This document shows positions 18,335 through 27,999 of a stretch of DNA of 64,000 bases, piece after piece. Within the stretch, counting starts at the first letter, position 1. Each line of letters starts with the position of its first letter. The stretch spans positions 2,304,001 through 2,368,000 of the forward strand of contig CAVTTN010000002.1 of NCBI GenBank assembly GCA_963737655.1. Reading direction: 5' to 3'. The translations under genes were made by a program, and so were the position numbers. This DNA comes from an uncultured Planctomycetota bacterium (lineage in GTDB: Bacteria > Planctomycetota > Planctomycetia > Isosphaerales > Isosphaeraceae). Below the pieces are notes generated by a model that was given only the letters and a program-made list of their open reading frames with translations, had not been told where the DNA came from and searched no databases.

Positions 18335-20578
18335 TTAACGCCCCGGGATGATCAGTTTCGATTTCTCTCCGCCCGCGGCCGGCGGCGGCCCCGCGCCGGG
18401 CGTCCAGATCCCGCCTCCGGGGGCGCCCGAGGTCTCGCCTCCGGGCGTCCAGATGCCGCTGCCCTGGGTGGCCGAGACGCCGAGGCGGCCCGAGGCCGTG
18501 GTGATCTTGGGGCCATACTTGGCCAGGACCGATTGGAGAGGCCGGGTGTCCAGGAGCATCTGGTCGGGGTTGTCGGGGTTGGGGCGCATCTGGATCAGCC
18601 CCATGTCCAGCAAGTTGGAGAAGACCGGCGAGGGCATGGTCTGCGAGTCGCTGAACCGCTCCAGGAGGACGGCCAGCGCCGGGACCCACGACTCGGGCGA
18701 TTCGGTCCGCGAGCGGAGCCGGAGCTCGACGAATTCCCAGCGGAGCAGGTTGTTCGGGTCCGTGTCGCCGCTCCGGCCCTTGCGGACCCACTCGAACGCC
18801 TCGTCGCGGGCCTGGCGGCTCAGGGCGAGGTTGGCCAGGTCGCCAAAGACCAGGACCCGGTCGATCTCGCTGCCCCCGAGCAGGTGGGGGCGATCGGCCA
18901 GGGCCCGCCCCGCCCTCTCCATCGCCAGGGGCAGCACGTAGCTGTGCGACCGGAGGAACAGGATGATCAATTTCTGGTCGTCGAGCCGATCGGCCGGGAC
19001 TCGGTGCAACCGGCCGATGTGGAGGCGGTCGATGTCGACGGTTTCCGGGTCGATCTCGGGTTCGGGATCGATGCCCATCTCCCGGCGGAAGGCCGCGAAG
19101 TCGATCGCCCCTCGCCAGAACTCCTGGCCGAATTCGAACTGGCAGAGGGCGGCGCGGAGGGGGACCTGATAGGCCCGATCCCCGTTGACGTCCTTCGGGG
19201 TCTTGCCGTCGAGGTACGGGAGTCGGGTCCTGGGCCAGACTTCGCGGATGATCCGGGTGTGCTCGGCCTTGGTCAGGCGGTTGGACTCCTCGCGAGAGAC
19301 CCCGGCCGGGAGCCACATCTCCGACCTCATGGCCTCGCTCGACCTCTGGAGCCGCTCGATGACCTTGGTCTTCGGGTGGGCCGGGGGGATGGCGGGGGCG
19401 GCGAGGTCCACGAAACGGGCGCTGAGCCGGTCGAGGCGGCGATCCTCGGCGTCCAGGAGGTCCAGGGCGACCGTGTCGGCGTGGACGATCACCCGCGCGA
19501 CGACCTGGGGGAGCTCCTGGGGCGACTTGCCGGCCACGTCCGAGACCTTCGGCCGGTCGAGCATCGCGAAGAATTCGGCCTCGGGCGACTCGGGGTTCTC
19601 CGGGTTGGAGGGGCCCTTGCCCTCGGAGTCGATCGTCGGGTCGGCTTCGAGTTTCTTGAGGAGGGCGGCGCGGTCGCGGATCGGCCAGGTGAGCTGGACC
19701 CTCTCGACGCGATCGCCCCGGGCCGGAGGGGCGATGGTCTGGCAGAGGGCTTCCAGGTCGACGGCGTCCTCGGTCTCGCCGGCCTCGGCGATGTGGCGGC
19801 GGAGGGCCTCGGCGGCGGGCCCGTCCTCGGTCAGCCAGAGGCGGAGCAGCCCGAGGTTCTTGTCGGCCCCGGGGATGCGGTCGGCCGACAGGGTCTCGAA
19901 CGCGGAGGCGGCCGAGGCCCAGAGGCCCTCGCCGGCCCAGTCCAGGGCCTCCTGGAACCGCCGGAAGACGGCCGGGTCGGCCCCCTCGGGCGGGGGGGCG
20001 AGCTCGTAGGGGTTGCGGGTCCAGGCCGGCAGGCTCGGGTTCCTCTCGATCATCCGGACCGATTGCTCGATCAGCCCTTCCTCGGTCTCGCCGGAGAGGA
20101 ACTCGGCCAGGTGGAGGTGGGCCAGGGCGGCCGGGGCGTGCTCCTGCTCGACCAGGAGGACGCCGAGGACCTGCGCCGTCAGGCCCAGGGCCTCGCGGCG
20201 GTCGGGCTTCACGGCGGAGAGGGCGTCCTGGAGCGCGGCGACCCCGGCGGTGGCCCCTTCGAGCTCCAGGGTCAAGCGGGCGAGGAAGTTGCGCGCCCCG
20301 ACGTGGTCCGGCTTCTTCGTCAGGATCGCCCGGACGGCCTCGGCGGCCTCCTTCAGCTTGCCCGTCCGGCCCAGGATGATCGCCTTGCGGATCGACAGCC
20401 AGGGCTGGGCCGGGTCCTTGCGGAGGGCGTCGTCCAGGACGACCAGCGCCGCTTCCAGTTGCCCGGAGTCGGTCAGCCTGTGGGCTTTCTCGGCCGTCGC
20501 CTCGACCTTATGGCAGCACCACTTGTATTTCTCGCCGCTGCCGCACGGACAGGGGGCATAAGGTTCGATGACGGCCAT
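18335..20578 (-). CDS. SEC-C motif + TPR protein
   Basis: N-terminal CPCGSGEKYKWCC; TPR-like helices; EVWPRTRLPYLDGKTP; IWTPG twice at the C-terminus. Confidence 0.85.
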   Translation of the reverse strand: MAVIEPYAPCPCGSGEKYKWCCHKVEATAEKAHRLTDSGQLEAALVVLDDALRKDPAQPWLSIRKAIILGRTGKLKEAAEAVRAILTKKPDHVGARNFLARLTLELEGATAGVAALQDALSAVKPDRREALGLTAQVLGVLLVEQEHAPAALAHLHLAEFLSGETEEGLIEQSVRMIERNPSLPAWTRNPYELAPPPEGADPAVFRRFQEALDWAGEGLWASAASAFETLSADRIPGADKNLGLLRLWLTEDGPAAEALRRHIAEAGETEDAVDLEALCQTIAPPARGDRVERVQLTWPIRDRAALLKKLEADPTIDSEGKGPSNPENPESPEAEFFAMLDRPKVSDVAGKSPQELPQVVARVIVHADTVALDLLDAEDRRLDRLSARFVDLAAPAIPPAHPKTKVIERLQRSSEAMRSEMWLPAGVSREESNRLTKAEHTRIIREVWPRTRLPYLDGKTPKDVNGDRAYQVPLRAALCQFEFGQEFWRGAIDFAAFRREMGIDPEPEIDPETVDIDRLHIGRLHRVPADRLDDQKLIILFLRSHSYVLPLAMERAGRALADRPHLLGGSEIDRVLVFGDLANLALSRQARDEAFEWVRKGRSGDTDPNNLLRWEFVELRLRSRTESPESWVPALAVLLERFSDSQTMPSPVFSNLLDMGLIQMRPNPDNPDQMLLDTRPLQSVLAKYGPKITTASGRLGVSATQGSGIWTPGGETSGAPGGGIWTPGAGPPPAAGGEKSKLIIPGR

Positions 20579-20724
20579 CGCAGGCTTCCTTCGCGCAGAG
20601 GGAGGTTGCCGCCCGAGGCGGAAGAAGTCAAAGTAGCAGAGCGGCAAGCCCCGCGCCAATTCCGCGAGCCGCGGGATGGCGCCGATGGGGCGGACGACCG
20701 CCCTCCCTCCCCCGAGAGACCGGC

Positions 20725-21531
20725 ATGCGATCCCCCTCCTTGCGACGCTTCGCGGCGGCCCTGACCCTGGCGGCCCTGGCCGTCTCGACCCTGACCCCCT
20801 CGGCCCTGGCCTGGGGCCGGATCGGCCACCGGGTCTCGGCCAAAGTGGCCGACGCCCGGCTCTCCCCGGCCGCCAGGGCCGCCGTCGCCGACCTCCTGGA
20901 GCCCGGCGAGACCCTGGCCGAAGCCTCGCTCTGGGCCGACATCGTCCGGCCCGACCGCAAGGAAACCGCCCCCTGGCATTACGTCAACGTCCCCTTCACC
21001 GAGGCGAAGTACGACGCAAAATATTGCCCCAAGGAGGGATGCGTCGTCGAGGCCATCGGCCGGATGAAGGCCACCTTGAAGGATTCGAGCGCCTCGAAGG
21101 TCCAGAAGCGCGAGGCCCTGCGGTTCCTCGCCCACTTCGTCCAGGACATGCACCAGCCCCTCCACGTCGGCCACCGCGACGACAAGGGCGGCAACCTCAC
21201 GCAGGTCCGCTGGTTCGATTCCGGGAGCAACCTCCACCGGGTCTGGGACTCGGGCATCATCGAGCAGTTCAGCGACGACGAGGCCGCCTGGCTCCGCGAC
21301 GTGAACGCCCTGGTCACCCCCGAATCGGCCGCGAAATGGTCCCAGGGGACCGTGGAAGACTGGGCGACCGAGAGCCTCGGCTATGCCAAAACGGCGTATC
21401 TCGACGGCAAGATCAAGTCCGGCGACAAGCTCGGCCAGGACTACGAGGACATGGCCCTGCCCATCGTCCGCCAGAGGATGGCCCAGGCCGGAGTCCGCCT
21501 GGCCATGATCCTCAACGAGATTTACCCCTGA
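20725..21531 (+). CDS. S1/P1 nuclease, exported
   Basis: Signal peptide then WGRIGH; WADIVR, WHYVN, HFVQDMHQPLH, NLHRVWDS, AGVRLA zinc-ligand motifs. Confidence 0.95.
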   Translation: MRSPSLRRFAAALTLAALAVSTLTPSALAWGRIGHRVSAKVADARLSPAARAAVADLLEPGETLAEASLWADIVRPDRKETAPWHYVNVPFTEAKYDAKYCPKEGCVVEAIGRMKATLKDSSASKVQKREALRFLAHFVQDMHQPLHVGHRDDKGGNLTQVRWFDSGSNLHRVWDSGIIEQFSDDEAAWLRDVNALVTPESAAKWSQGTVEDWATESLGYAKTAYLDGKIKSGDKLGQDYEDMALPIVRQRMAQAGVRLAMILNEIYP

Positions 21532-21755
21532 GCCGACGAGTCGGCCCGTCGGGTCGGCACGGCCAGGATCGCCCGGAGCGACACCGCCACATACGCCAGG
21601 GCCAGAACCACGGCGGTATAGCCCGAATGCTGATGGGCCTTCACCAGGTCGGCCCGCCCTCCCAGGATCAACTGGCCCAGGACGAGCTGACCGGCGATCG
21701 CAATCGCCGTGACCGAGCCGAGGACGATCAGGACGGCCTTGAGCGTGGACGTCAT
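21522..21755 (-). CDS. Small two-TM membrane protein (77 aa)
   Basis: Two hydrophobic helices flanking KAHQHSGY; converges on the nuclease gene. Confidence 0.65.
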   Translation of the reverse strand: MTSTLKAVLIVLGSVTAIAIAGQLVLGQLILGGRADLVKAHQHSGYTAVVLALAYVAVSLRAILAVPTRRADSSAQG

Positions 21756-21914
21756 CGAGGCGAAATCCTCTCTTCACGGGGCCAGAAACGAACCAGGGAC
21801 CGGGAGAGCATAGACGATCCGGCCCCGATCGTCACGATCCCCGGCCGGAACCTCCGATGGGCAAGGGCCTCCTTGACGGATCGCAATCGCGAAGCGTCGG
21901 CCGATCTCTTCCGC

Positions 21915-22091
21915 GGGTGCCCCCGGTTCCCGAACCGGGGCGGCGCTGCCGCAAGAGGCCGGGGACGCGTTCGGAGCCTGACCCCGCTCGCCTCTCGTCG
22001 CTTCGCGACCCAGGTTCGAAAACCGGGGGCACCCAGAATCCCAACGGTGTCGTCGCCATCGGGGCGCCCCCGGTCTCGAACCGGGGCACCC
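21915..22091. repeat. Family C palindromic element: degenerate doublet plus a third half-copy
   Basis: GGGTGCCCCCGGTTCCCGAACCGGGGCGGCGCTGCCGCAAGAGGC (21915-21959), a degenerate inverted arm ending GAAAACCGGGGGCACCC (to 22034), and a further copy at 22061-22091. Confidence 0.8.
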
Positions 22092-22238
22092 GAACTTCGA
22101 GGACCAACGAAAACGCGTTTCCGACCCCGACAGACACGTTCATCATCGTTGACAATCCCGATCCTCTCCTCCTATTGTGGACGAGTTTCGCCCGGATAGC
22201 CGGAGCCGTTCACGGCCGACTTGCGCACGCCGGTCTTC

Positions 22239-22297
22239 GTAGGGCAGGCCTCGGCCTGCCGTCTTCGCGGATCTCGGCAGGCCGAGGCCTGCCCTAC
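22239..22297. repeat. REPIN-like doublet, family B
   Basis: GTAGGGCAGGCCTCGGCCTGCC-GTCTTCGCGGATCTC-GGCAGGCCGAGGCCTGCCCTAC, perfect 22-bp arms. Confidence 0.92.
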
Positions 22298-22358
22298 GGG
22301 TGCGCCATCCGATCGTGAACCGCTCTCGTTTCCTTCAACCCGAACTGAACCCCTCGCC

Positions 22359-23822
22359 ATGACCGTCCGAACCCGGTTCGCCCCCAGCCCCACCGGATTC
22401 CTCCATATTGGAGGGGTGCGGACCGCCCTGTTCAACTGGCTGCTCGCCCGCCATTCGGGGGGCCAGTTCCTCCTCCGAATCGACGACACCGACAAGGAAC
22501 GCCACGTCGAGGACGCCGTCCGCCTGATCCTCGACGGCTTCCGCTGGATGGGGATGGACTGGGACGAGGGCCCCGAGGTCGGAGGCCCCCACGCCCCCTA
22601 TTTCCAGGGCCAAAGAGGCGACAAGTACAAGGCCGCCGCCGACCGCCTCGTCGCCTCGGGGCACGTCTACCGCGACTACTCGACCGAGTCCGAACGCGCC
22701 GCCGAAAAGTTCGCCGCCGAGAAGGCCAAGGTCGCCTATCGCTACCGAGGGACGCCGCCAACCCCCGAGCAGATCGCCCAGTTTGACGCCGAGGCCCGCC
22801 CGTATGCCCTGAGATTCCAGGTCCCTCTGGGCCGGACCCTCGTGCTCGACGACCTGATCAAGGGGAAGGTCGAGCAGAGGACCAACGAGATCGGCGATTT
22901 CGTGATCGTGAGGCCCGACGGCTCCCCGCTCTACAACTTCGCGAGCGTGGTGGACGACGCCGAGATGGAGATCACCCACGTCGTCCGCGCCGAGGAGCAC
23001 CTGGCCAACACCTTCCCGCAATTGCTGGTGTTCGAGGCCCTGGGCTATCCGCTCCCCCAGTTCGCCCACGTCCCGTATGTGGCCGAGCCGGGGTCCAAGA
23101 AGAAGCTCTCGAAGCGGTTCGGGGCGGTCGGGCTCGACCATTTCATCGGCCTGGGCTACTTGCCCGAGGCGATGATGAATTACCTGTCCCGGCTGGGCTG
23201 GTCGCTCGACGCCTCGTCCGAAATCTTCTCGAAGGCCGATCTGATCGAGAAATTCTCGCTCGATCGCGTGAACAGCTCCCCCGCCAGCCACGACCCCGAC
23301 AAGCTATTCTGGCTCCAGGGCGAGTGGATGAAGGAGCTGCCGATCGAAAAGAAGGTCGAAGGGGTCCTGCCGTTCCTCGAAAAGGACGGGCTGATCTCCC
23401 CGCCGGTCTCGGCCGAGCTTCGGAGCAAGATCGAGAGCGTGATCCTCGCCCTGGGCGACCGCCTGAAGGTGTTTTCCGACATCCTCAAGCTCGGCCGCTA
23501 CTTCTTCACCGAGGAGATCGCCCACGACCCCGACGCGGTCAAGAAGAGGCTCCGCAAGGAGGGCGTCCCGGCCATGCTCGGCGAGCTCAGCGACCTCCTG
23601 GCCACGGTCGAGCCGTACGACGTCCCCACCCTGGAAAAGGCGGTCCACGACTTCGCCGAGACCCGAGGGATCAAGATGGGGGACGTGGTCAACCCGCTGA
23701 GGGTCGCCACGACGGGGCAAGGCGTCGGCCCCGGGCTGTACGACTGCCTGTTTTTGCTGGGCCGAGAATCGTGCCGATCGCGGATCGCGAAGACCCGGGA
23801 GATGCTCGAACAGGCTCCATGA
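22359..23822 (+). CDS. gltX: Glutamate--tRNA ligase
   Basis: RTRFAPSPTGFLHIGG, LRIDDTD, ITHVVRAEEH, KKLSKR, C-terminal anticodon-binding domain. Confidence 0.96.
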   Translation: MTVRTRFAPSPTGFLHIGGVRTALFNWLLARHSGGQFLLRIDDTDKERHVEDAVRLILDGFRWMGMDWDEGPEVGGPHAPYFQGQRGDKYKAAADRLVASGHVYRDYSTESERAAEKFAAEKAKVAYRYRGTPPTPEQIAQFDAEARPYALRFQVPLGRTLVLDDLIKGKVEQRTNEIGDFVIVRPDGSPLYNFASVVDDAEMEITHVVRAEEHLANTFPQLLVFEALGYPLPQFAHVPYVAEPGSKKKLSKRFGAVGLDHFIGLGYLPEAMMNYLSRLGWSLDASSEIFSKADLIEKFSLDRVNSSPASHDPDKLFWLQGEWMKELPIEKKVEGVLPFLEKDGLISPPVSAELRSKIESVILALGDRLKVFSDILKLGRYFFTEEIAHDPDAVKKRLRKEGVPAMLGELSDLLATVEPYDVPTLEKAVHDFAETRGIKMGDVVNPLRVATTGQGVGPGLYDCLFLLGRESCRSRIAKTREMLEQAP

Positions 23823-23841
23823 GCGCCGAGGGACCGGACGC

Positions 23842-24348
23842 ATGAGGACGAAGACCCGTCGGCTCCTGCTCCTGACGACCCTGTTCGCCCTCCTGGCCCT
23901 CGCATTCGCGTCCCATGTCTATCTGGACCGAGGATTTCGCCTGACCCTGGAGAACCGAAGCTCGCGGACGCTGGAAAACCTCCGGTTCGTGCTCGAAGAC
24001 CAGGGCACGACGATCGAGGTGCCCCGCCTGGCGCCGGGCGAGACGGCCCGGGTCCGGTTCTCGAAGCGGAACCCCGAAGGCAGTGACCTCCTGATCGAGT
24101 TCGACTTGAAGGGGCGGCCCGGTCGCGATGAAGCCCGCCCCGTCGGGATGGGGCTCTTCGCCACTCTGGGGAAATCCGCGGACCTCCGACTGACGGACGT
24201 CCCCCTGAAGGACGGCCGGACGGGCGTCCGGATCGACGGATACTGGACCGAGGCCTTCGACGGCCGCCGATGGTTCCTGGACCTCCGCGGCGGAGGCTGG
24301 CCCGGCCGGAGGCCCTGGCCAACGACGATCCTGGACGAGGAGCCGTGA
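23842..24348 (+). CDS. Hypothetical protein with an N-terminal signal/TM segment
   Basis: 168-aa ORF 19 nt after gltX; hydrophobic N-terminus; beta-rich LTLENRS...IEVPRLAPGETA. Confidence 0.65.
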   Translation: MRTKTRRLLLLTTLFALLALAFASHVYLDRGFRLTLENRSSRTLENLRFVLEDQGTTIEVPRLAPGETARVRFSKRNPEGSDLLIEFDLKGRPGRDEARPVGMGLFATLGKSADLRLTDVPLKDGRTGVRIDGYWTEAFDGRRWFLDLRGGGWPGRRPWPTTILDEEP

Positions 24349-24918
24349 AGCCTCGGGGGCCGAGTCGTGGCGGAAATCGGGACGGATCACGGCAACGACC
24401 CTCGGACACGACCCCTCGGGACCGGCACGCCCGGCCCCCGACGCAAATCCCCCTGCCCAGGACCATCGAGACCCCACCCCCCGGCCGATCACCCAATCCG
24501 AAAATCCGATCCCCGGGCCCGTCCGAAGCCGCGACACCACGATGTCAAAATCGGCCCTCCCCAGGCCCCGAAACCGTGCCACTTCCGGGCGTTTTTCGGC
24601 GCATCGCGTCCCGATGACCGATCGCCGCGAGTTGTTGGCGGGCCGGGGTTTGGGATTTTTGGATCCACGAATGAAAACTCGATCCATTGTGCTCTGGCAC
24701 GAGTGACTGTGCGCGGGTTTCCCCTGGAAAAACCGCCCTTCGGTGAGTTTTTCGACAGAAAGTGTCGTCAACTTCCGCGGGATCAACGATCGCGGGGATC
24801 TGATGAAAATGCAATCCTCGCACCCGAGTCCGGGTCGTCGGCGACCGTGCCCCCGACCGCGATCGTCCCGGCAGGTCATCCTCTCTTGTAAGTGTTCTCA
24901 TGAAAACGTCGATTCCTT

Positions 24919-24945
24919 TCGTTCCCACGTTCCGCGTGGGAACGA
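24919..24945. repeat. Palindromic REP-like element, family G
   Basis: TCGTTCCCACG-TTCCG-CGTGGGAACGA, perfect 11-bp stem; single copy in this window. Confidence 0.65.
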
Positions 24946-25070
24946 GAGATGTTGATGTCAAAGCGGTGCGCAAGAACGGATCGTCATTTTATTATAAAAC
25001 TCAACATGCCCGCTCATTCCGTGGGCGTACGTTTTGGCGAACGGCAAAATAGGTTGCGGCGAAGTGGACC

Positions 25071-26285
25071 TTACAGGAACCGGATTTCCTCCTGGTGTTT
25101 TTGTTGCTTGTGATGTCTTCGTGCGAAGAAAAGGGCGATCGCGCCCAGGGACAGGAGGATGCCGATGAGCAATCCGATTCCCATGCGCTGTCGAAAGACC
25201 AACTTGCGCGTGTATGTGTCCGGGACCCTGACCGAGGGGAGTGCGGGGGCCGGGGCCTCTCGGTAGCCTGCCCAGAAGTTCGGGTCGGTGTCGGGGTGGC
25301 GGCCCGCCTTGAGTCGTTCGAGCATGAATTCGGTCCGGCTCCTCTGCCAGGCTTCGGCCTCGGCCCGAAGTCTCGGATAAGCCTGATCGAGATGCGAGGT
25401 TTCGATGAAGGTGGGCCCGAGGAGGTGGCGTTTCAGGTTCTCCCCCGTCGGCGCTCCGGGCAGGATTGAACACTTGCCGTCGTCGATCAGCTCGAAGCAT
25501 CGAAGGCGGGCGAGATAGGCCAGCGAGTTCCGCCCGCCGTCGCGGTCGGCGGAGAACCCCAGCGTGTCGTGCTGGAGGGCCAGGTCGAGCGCATGGAACA
25601 CATCGATGCTTTCCCAGGCATTGCCCAGGACGATCAGCCCGGCCAACCCCTTCACGGCGTCGTGGGCCACCTGGGGCTCGATCCGATAAGAAAACGTGTC
25701 GGTCGGCCATCCCACGAGGGTCGGCAGCCCATACGGACCCAACTCCGGCGGGGCGATGATCCACTCCAGCGCCTTCAACTGGTACTTTTCGCGGCCGAAG
25801 TGGGCTTCGGGGTTGATCTTGAGTGCCTCGGCGATCTCGTCGCGGGCCTGTTCCACCTCGGCGATCTTGGCCCGGTCCGAGCCTTGACGCGCCCATCGGT
25901 GGACCAGAAACGTGCCGAGATTCGCGTGATAGCGATACCATTGTTCCTTCACGGCCGGATCGGAGGCCGGGAGCGATTCGAGTTGCTCGCGTTTTCGCTT
26001 CATCCATTCGATCGCCTCGTCCCCCCGGCCCAGGCGGTCGCAGGCGACGCCGGCGTCGTCGTAGGCGGCGAGGTCTTCGGGTTCGCTCCGGAGATGCTGG
26101 GCGACCCGGGCGAGCCTCATCTCGTAGAACAGCGGCGGGTTCCTCGGGAACCGGCCGGTGATCACGGCGACGACCTCGGGCATCCCCTCCGCCTCCTCGG
26201 CCGGCGTGTCGCGGTCCCACAGGCAGGCGAGCACGGTCAGCGGCAGGCCGCCGACGAGGATCAGGATCATCAGGGCGCGTCTCAT
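25071..26285 (-). CDS. Hypothetical TPR-like protein with signal peptide and C-terminal TM anchor
   Basis: GGAGG RBS; LACLWDRDT; TPR-like YDDAGVACDRLG and ALKINPEAHFGRE; C-terminal hydrophobic helix with a basic tail. Confidence 0.8.
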   Translation of the reverse strand: MRRALMILILVGGLPLTVLACLWDRDTPAEEAEGMPEVVAVITGRFPRNPPLFYEMRLARVAQHLRSEPEDLAAYDDAGVACDRLGRGDEAIEWMKRKREQLESLPASDPAVKEQWYRYHANLGTFLVHRWARQGSDRAKIAEVEQARDEIAEALKINPEAHFGREKYQLKALEWIIAPPELGPYGLPTLVGWPTDTFSYRIEPQVAHDAVKGLAGLIVLGNAWESIDVFHALDLALQHDTLGFSADRDGGRNSLAYLARLRCFELIDDGKCSILPGAPTGENLKRHLLGPTFIETSHLDQAYPRLRAEAEAWQRSRTEFMLERLKAGRHPDTDPNFWAGYREAPAPALPSVRVPDTYTRKLVFRQRMGIGLLIGILLSLGAIALFFARRHHKQQKHQEEIRFL

Positions 26286-26379
26286 GGTCCGACACCTCCC
26301 CGGGTGCGATCGACTCCGACCCCCTCCCATCATGACCGACCCGGGATCGGGGGTATAGCGCCCGAATGTGGAGGATTTC

Positions 26380-26490
26380 GGGTGCCCCCGGTTCTCGAAC
26401 CGGGGCGGCGCCGCCGCAAGAGGCGCCGCGGGCCATTTTGCATCGGCCTCTTGCGGCGGCGCCGCCCCGGTTCGAGAACCGGGGGCACCC
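26380..26490. repeat. Family C REPIN-like doublet
   Basis: Perfect 45-bp inverted repeat (26380-26424 / 26446-26490) beginning GGGTGCCCCCGGTTCTCGAACCGGGG. Confidence 0.92.
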
Positions 26491-26623
26491 CAGAAGTTCC
26501 GGATTCCACAGCGATACCCGACGACCTTCGGAATCGCCCTGATCCGGTCGTTCGAGAGCTTGAATCGGACGGCGATTCGGGGGAGGATGGGGCGGTGGAT
26601 TCGGTGGCTTTCGGGAGTTCGCG

Positions 26624-26842
26624 ATGCTCAGGACCGTGAGAGCCGAGATCGATTCTCAGGGGGTCGTCCGGCTCCTGGAGCCGGTGGAGATCGCGGGGCC
26701 CCGGATGGCCCTGGTCACCATCCTGGATGAGGGGCCTCCGGTCCATGGCGATGCCCTGGCCCTCCTCGGCGAGACGGCCATGGCCCGGGATCGGGATCGC
26801 CCCGAGGAGGATGAGGCTTGGGCCTACCTGCCGTCGGAATGA
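26624..26842 (+). CDS. Small antitoxin-like protein (AF2212/DUF104-like N-terminus, PEEDEAW tail)
   Basis: GGGAG RBS; TVRAEIDSQGVVRLLEPVEI...ALVTIL and ARDRDRPEEDEAWAYL. Confidence 0.7.
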   Translation: MLRTVRAEIDSQGVVRLLEPVEIAGPRMALVTILDEGPPVHGDALALLGETAMARDRDRPEEDEAWAYLPSE

Positions 26843-26873
26843 TCGCGGCGGTTCCCTCGCGGATGGCATCCGC

Positions 26874-26930
26874 GTAGGGCAGGCCTCGGCCTGCCGATCC
26901 GCGAAGACGGCAGGCCGAGGCCTGCCCTAC
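26874..26930. repeat. REPIN-like doublet, family B
   Basis: Perfect 22-bp arms; spacer GATCCGCGAAGAC is the reverse complement of most of the spacer at 22261. Confidence 0.92.
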
Positions 26931-27048
26931 AATACTTCTCCATGAGCGATCCGATGCGTCCGATTCCTGCAATCGGGCGGGACGGCCCAGATCCCCTGAC
27001 CCGGCGGCGTCGCCGGACCCCCTTCTTCCTTCCGAGAGATCCAAGTTC

Positions 27049-27990
27049 ATGAGAGTCGTCGTCACCGGGTCGGTCGCCTACGATTACTTGATGGTCTTCC
27101 CCGGGCATTTTCCGGATCACATCGTCCCCGAGAAGACGCAGAGCCTGAGCGTCTCGTTCCTCGTGGATTCGCTGAAGAAGCAGCATGGCGGGACGGCGCC
27201 GAACATCGCGTACACGCTGGCGCTTCTGGGGATGAGGCCCGAGGTCGTCGCCGCCGTGGGCGAGGACTTTGAGGACTACCGCCGGAAGCTGGACCGCGAC
27301 GGCGTGGACACGTCGGGCATGATGGTCGTCCCGGGCGAGTTCACGTCGTCGTGCTTCATCAATACCGACCTCAAGAGCAACCAGATCACCGCGTTCTACT
27401 CCGGGGCGATGGGGCATGCCCACACCCTCCGGCTCGATCACCTGGGATTGACCGAGGACGACATCGTTTTGATCGCGCCCAATGACCCCCGGGCGATGGC
27501 CGAATATGCCCGGCAGTGCCGGCAGATGGGCATCGGGTACCTGTACGATCCGTCGATGCAGGCCCCTCGGCTCACGCCCGAAGACCTCCGCGAAGGCTTC
27601 AGCGGCGCGAAGATCCTGATCGGCAATGACTACGAGTTCGGCATGATGGCCGAGAAGCTCGGCGTGGACGAGGCCGGGTTGCGGGCCCAGGTGCCGATCG
27701 CCGTGGTGACGAAGGGGGCCGACGGGTCGTCGATCTTCGCCGACGGCACCGAGTACAAGATCCCGGCCGCGAAGCCCCGGGCCGTGGTCAATCCCACCGG
27801 AGCCGGCGACTCGTACCGCTCCGGTCTGATCGCCGGGATGAGCCGGGGGCTGCCGTGGGACGTCTGCGGACGCCTCGGCGCCGTCGCTTCGGTCTACGCC
27901 GTCGAGAACGTGGGCCCTCAGGAACATACCTTCACCATCGAGGAGTTCGCCGACCGCTATCGAGAGAATTTCGGCCCCCTGGAATGGTGA
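27049..27990 (+). CDS. PfkB-family carbohydrate/nucleoside kinase (adenosine kinase-like)
   Basis: TGSVAYDYLM, GGTAPNIAY, NDYE, TKGADGS, NPTGAGDSYRSG. Confidence 0.92.
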   Translation: MRVVVTGSVAYDYLMVFPGHFPDHIVPEKTQSLSVSFLVDSLKKQHGGTAPNIAYTLALLGMRPEVVAAVGEDFEDYRRKLDRDGVDTSGMMVVPGEFTSSCFINTDLKSNQITAFYSGAMGHAHTLRLDHLGLTEDDIVLIAPNDPRAMAEYARQCRQMGIGYLYDPSMQAPRLTPEDLREGFSGAKILIGNDYEFGMMAEKLGVDEAGLRAQVPIAVVTKGADGSSIFADGTEYKIPAAKPRAVVNPTGAGDSYRSGLIAGMSRGLPWDVCGRLGAVASVYAVENVGPQEHTFTIEEFADRYRENFGPLEW

Positions 27991-27999
27991 TCGGCCCTC

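Noticed and set aside
24888..24912. dif/Xer-like site (GTAAGTGTTCTCATGAAAACG)
   Set aside because: Only one half resembles the motif; no symmetric second arm.
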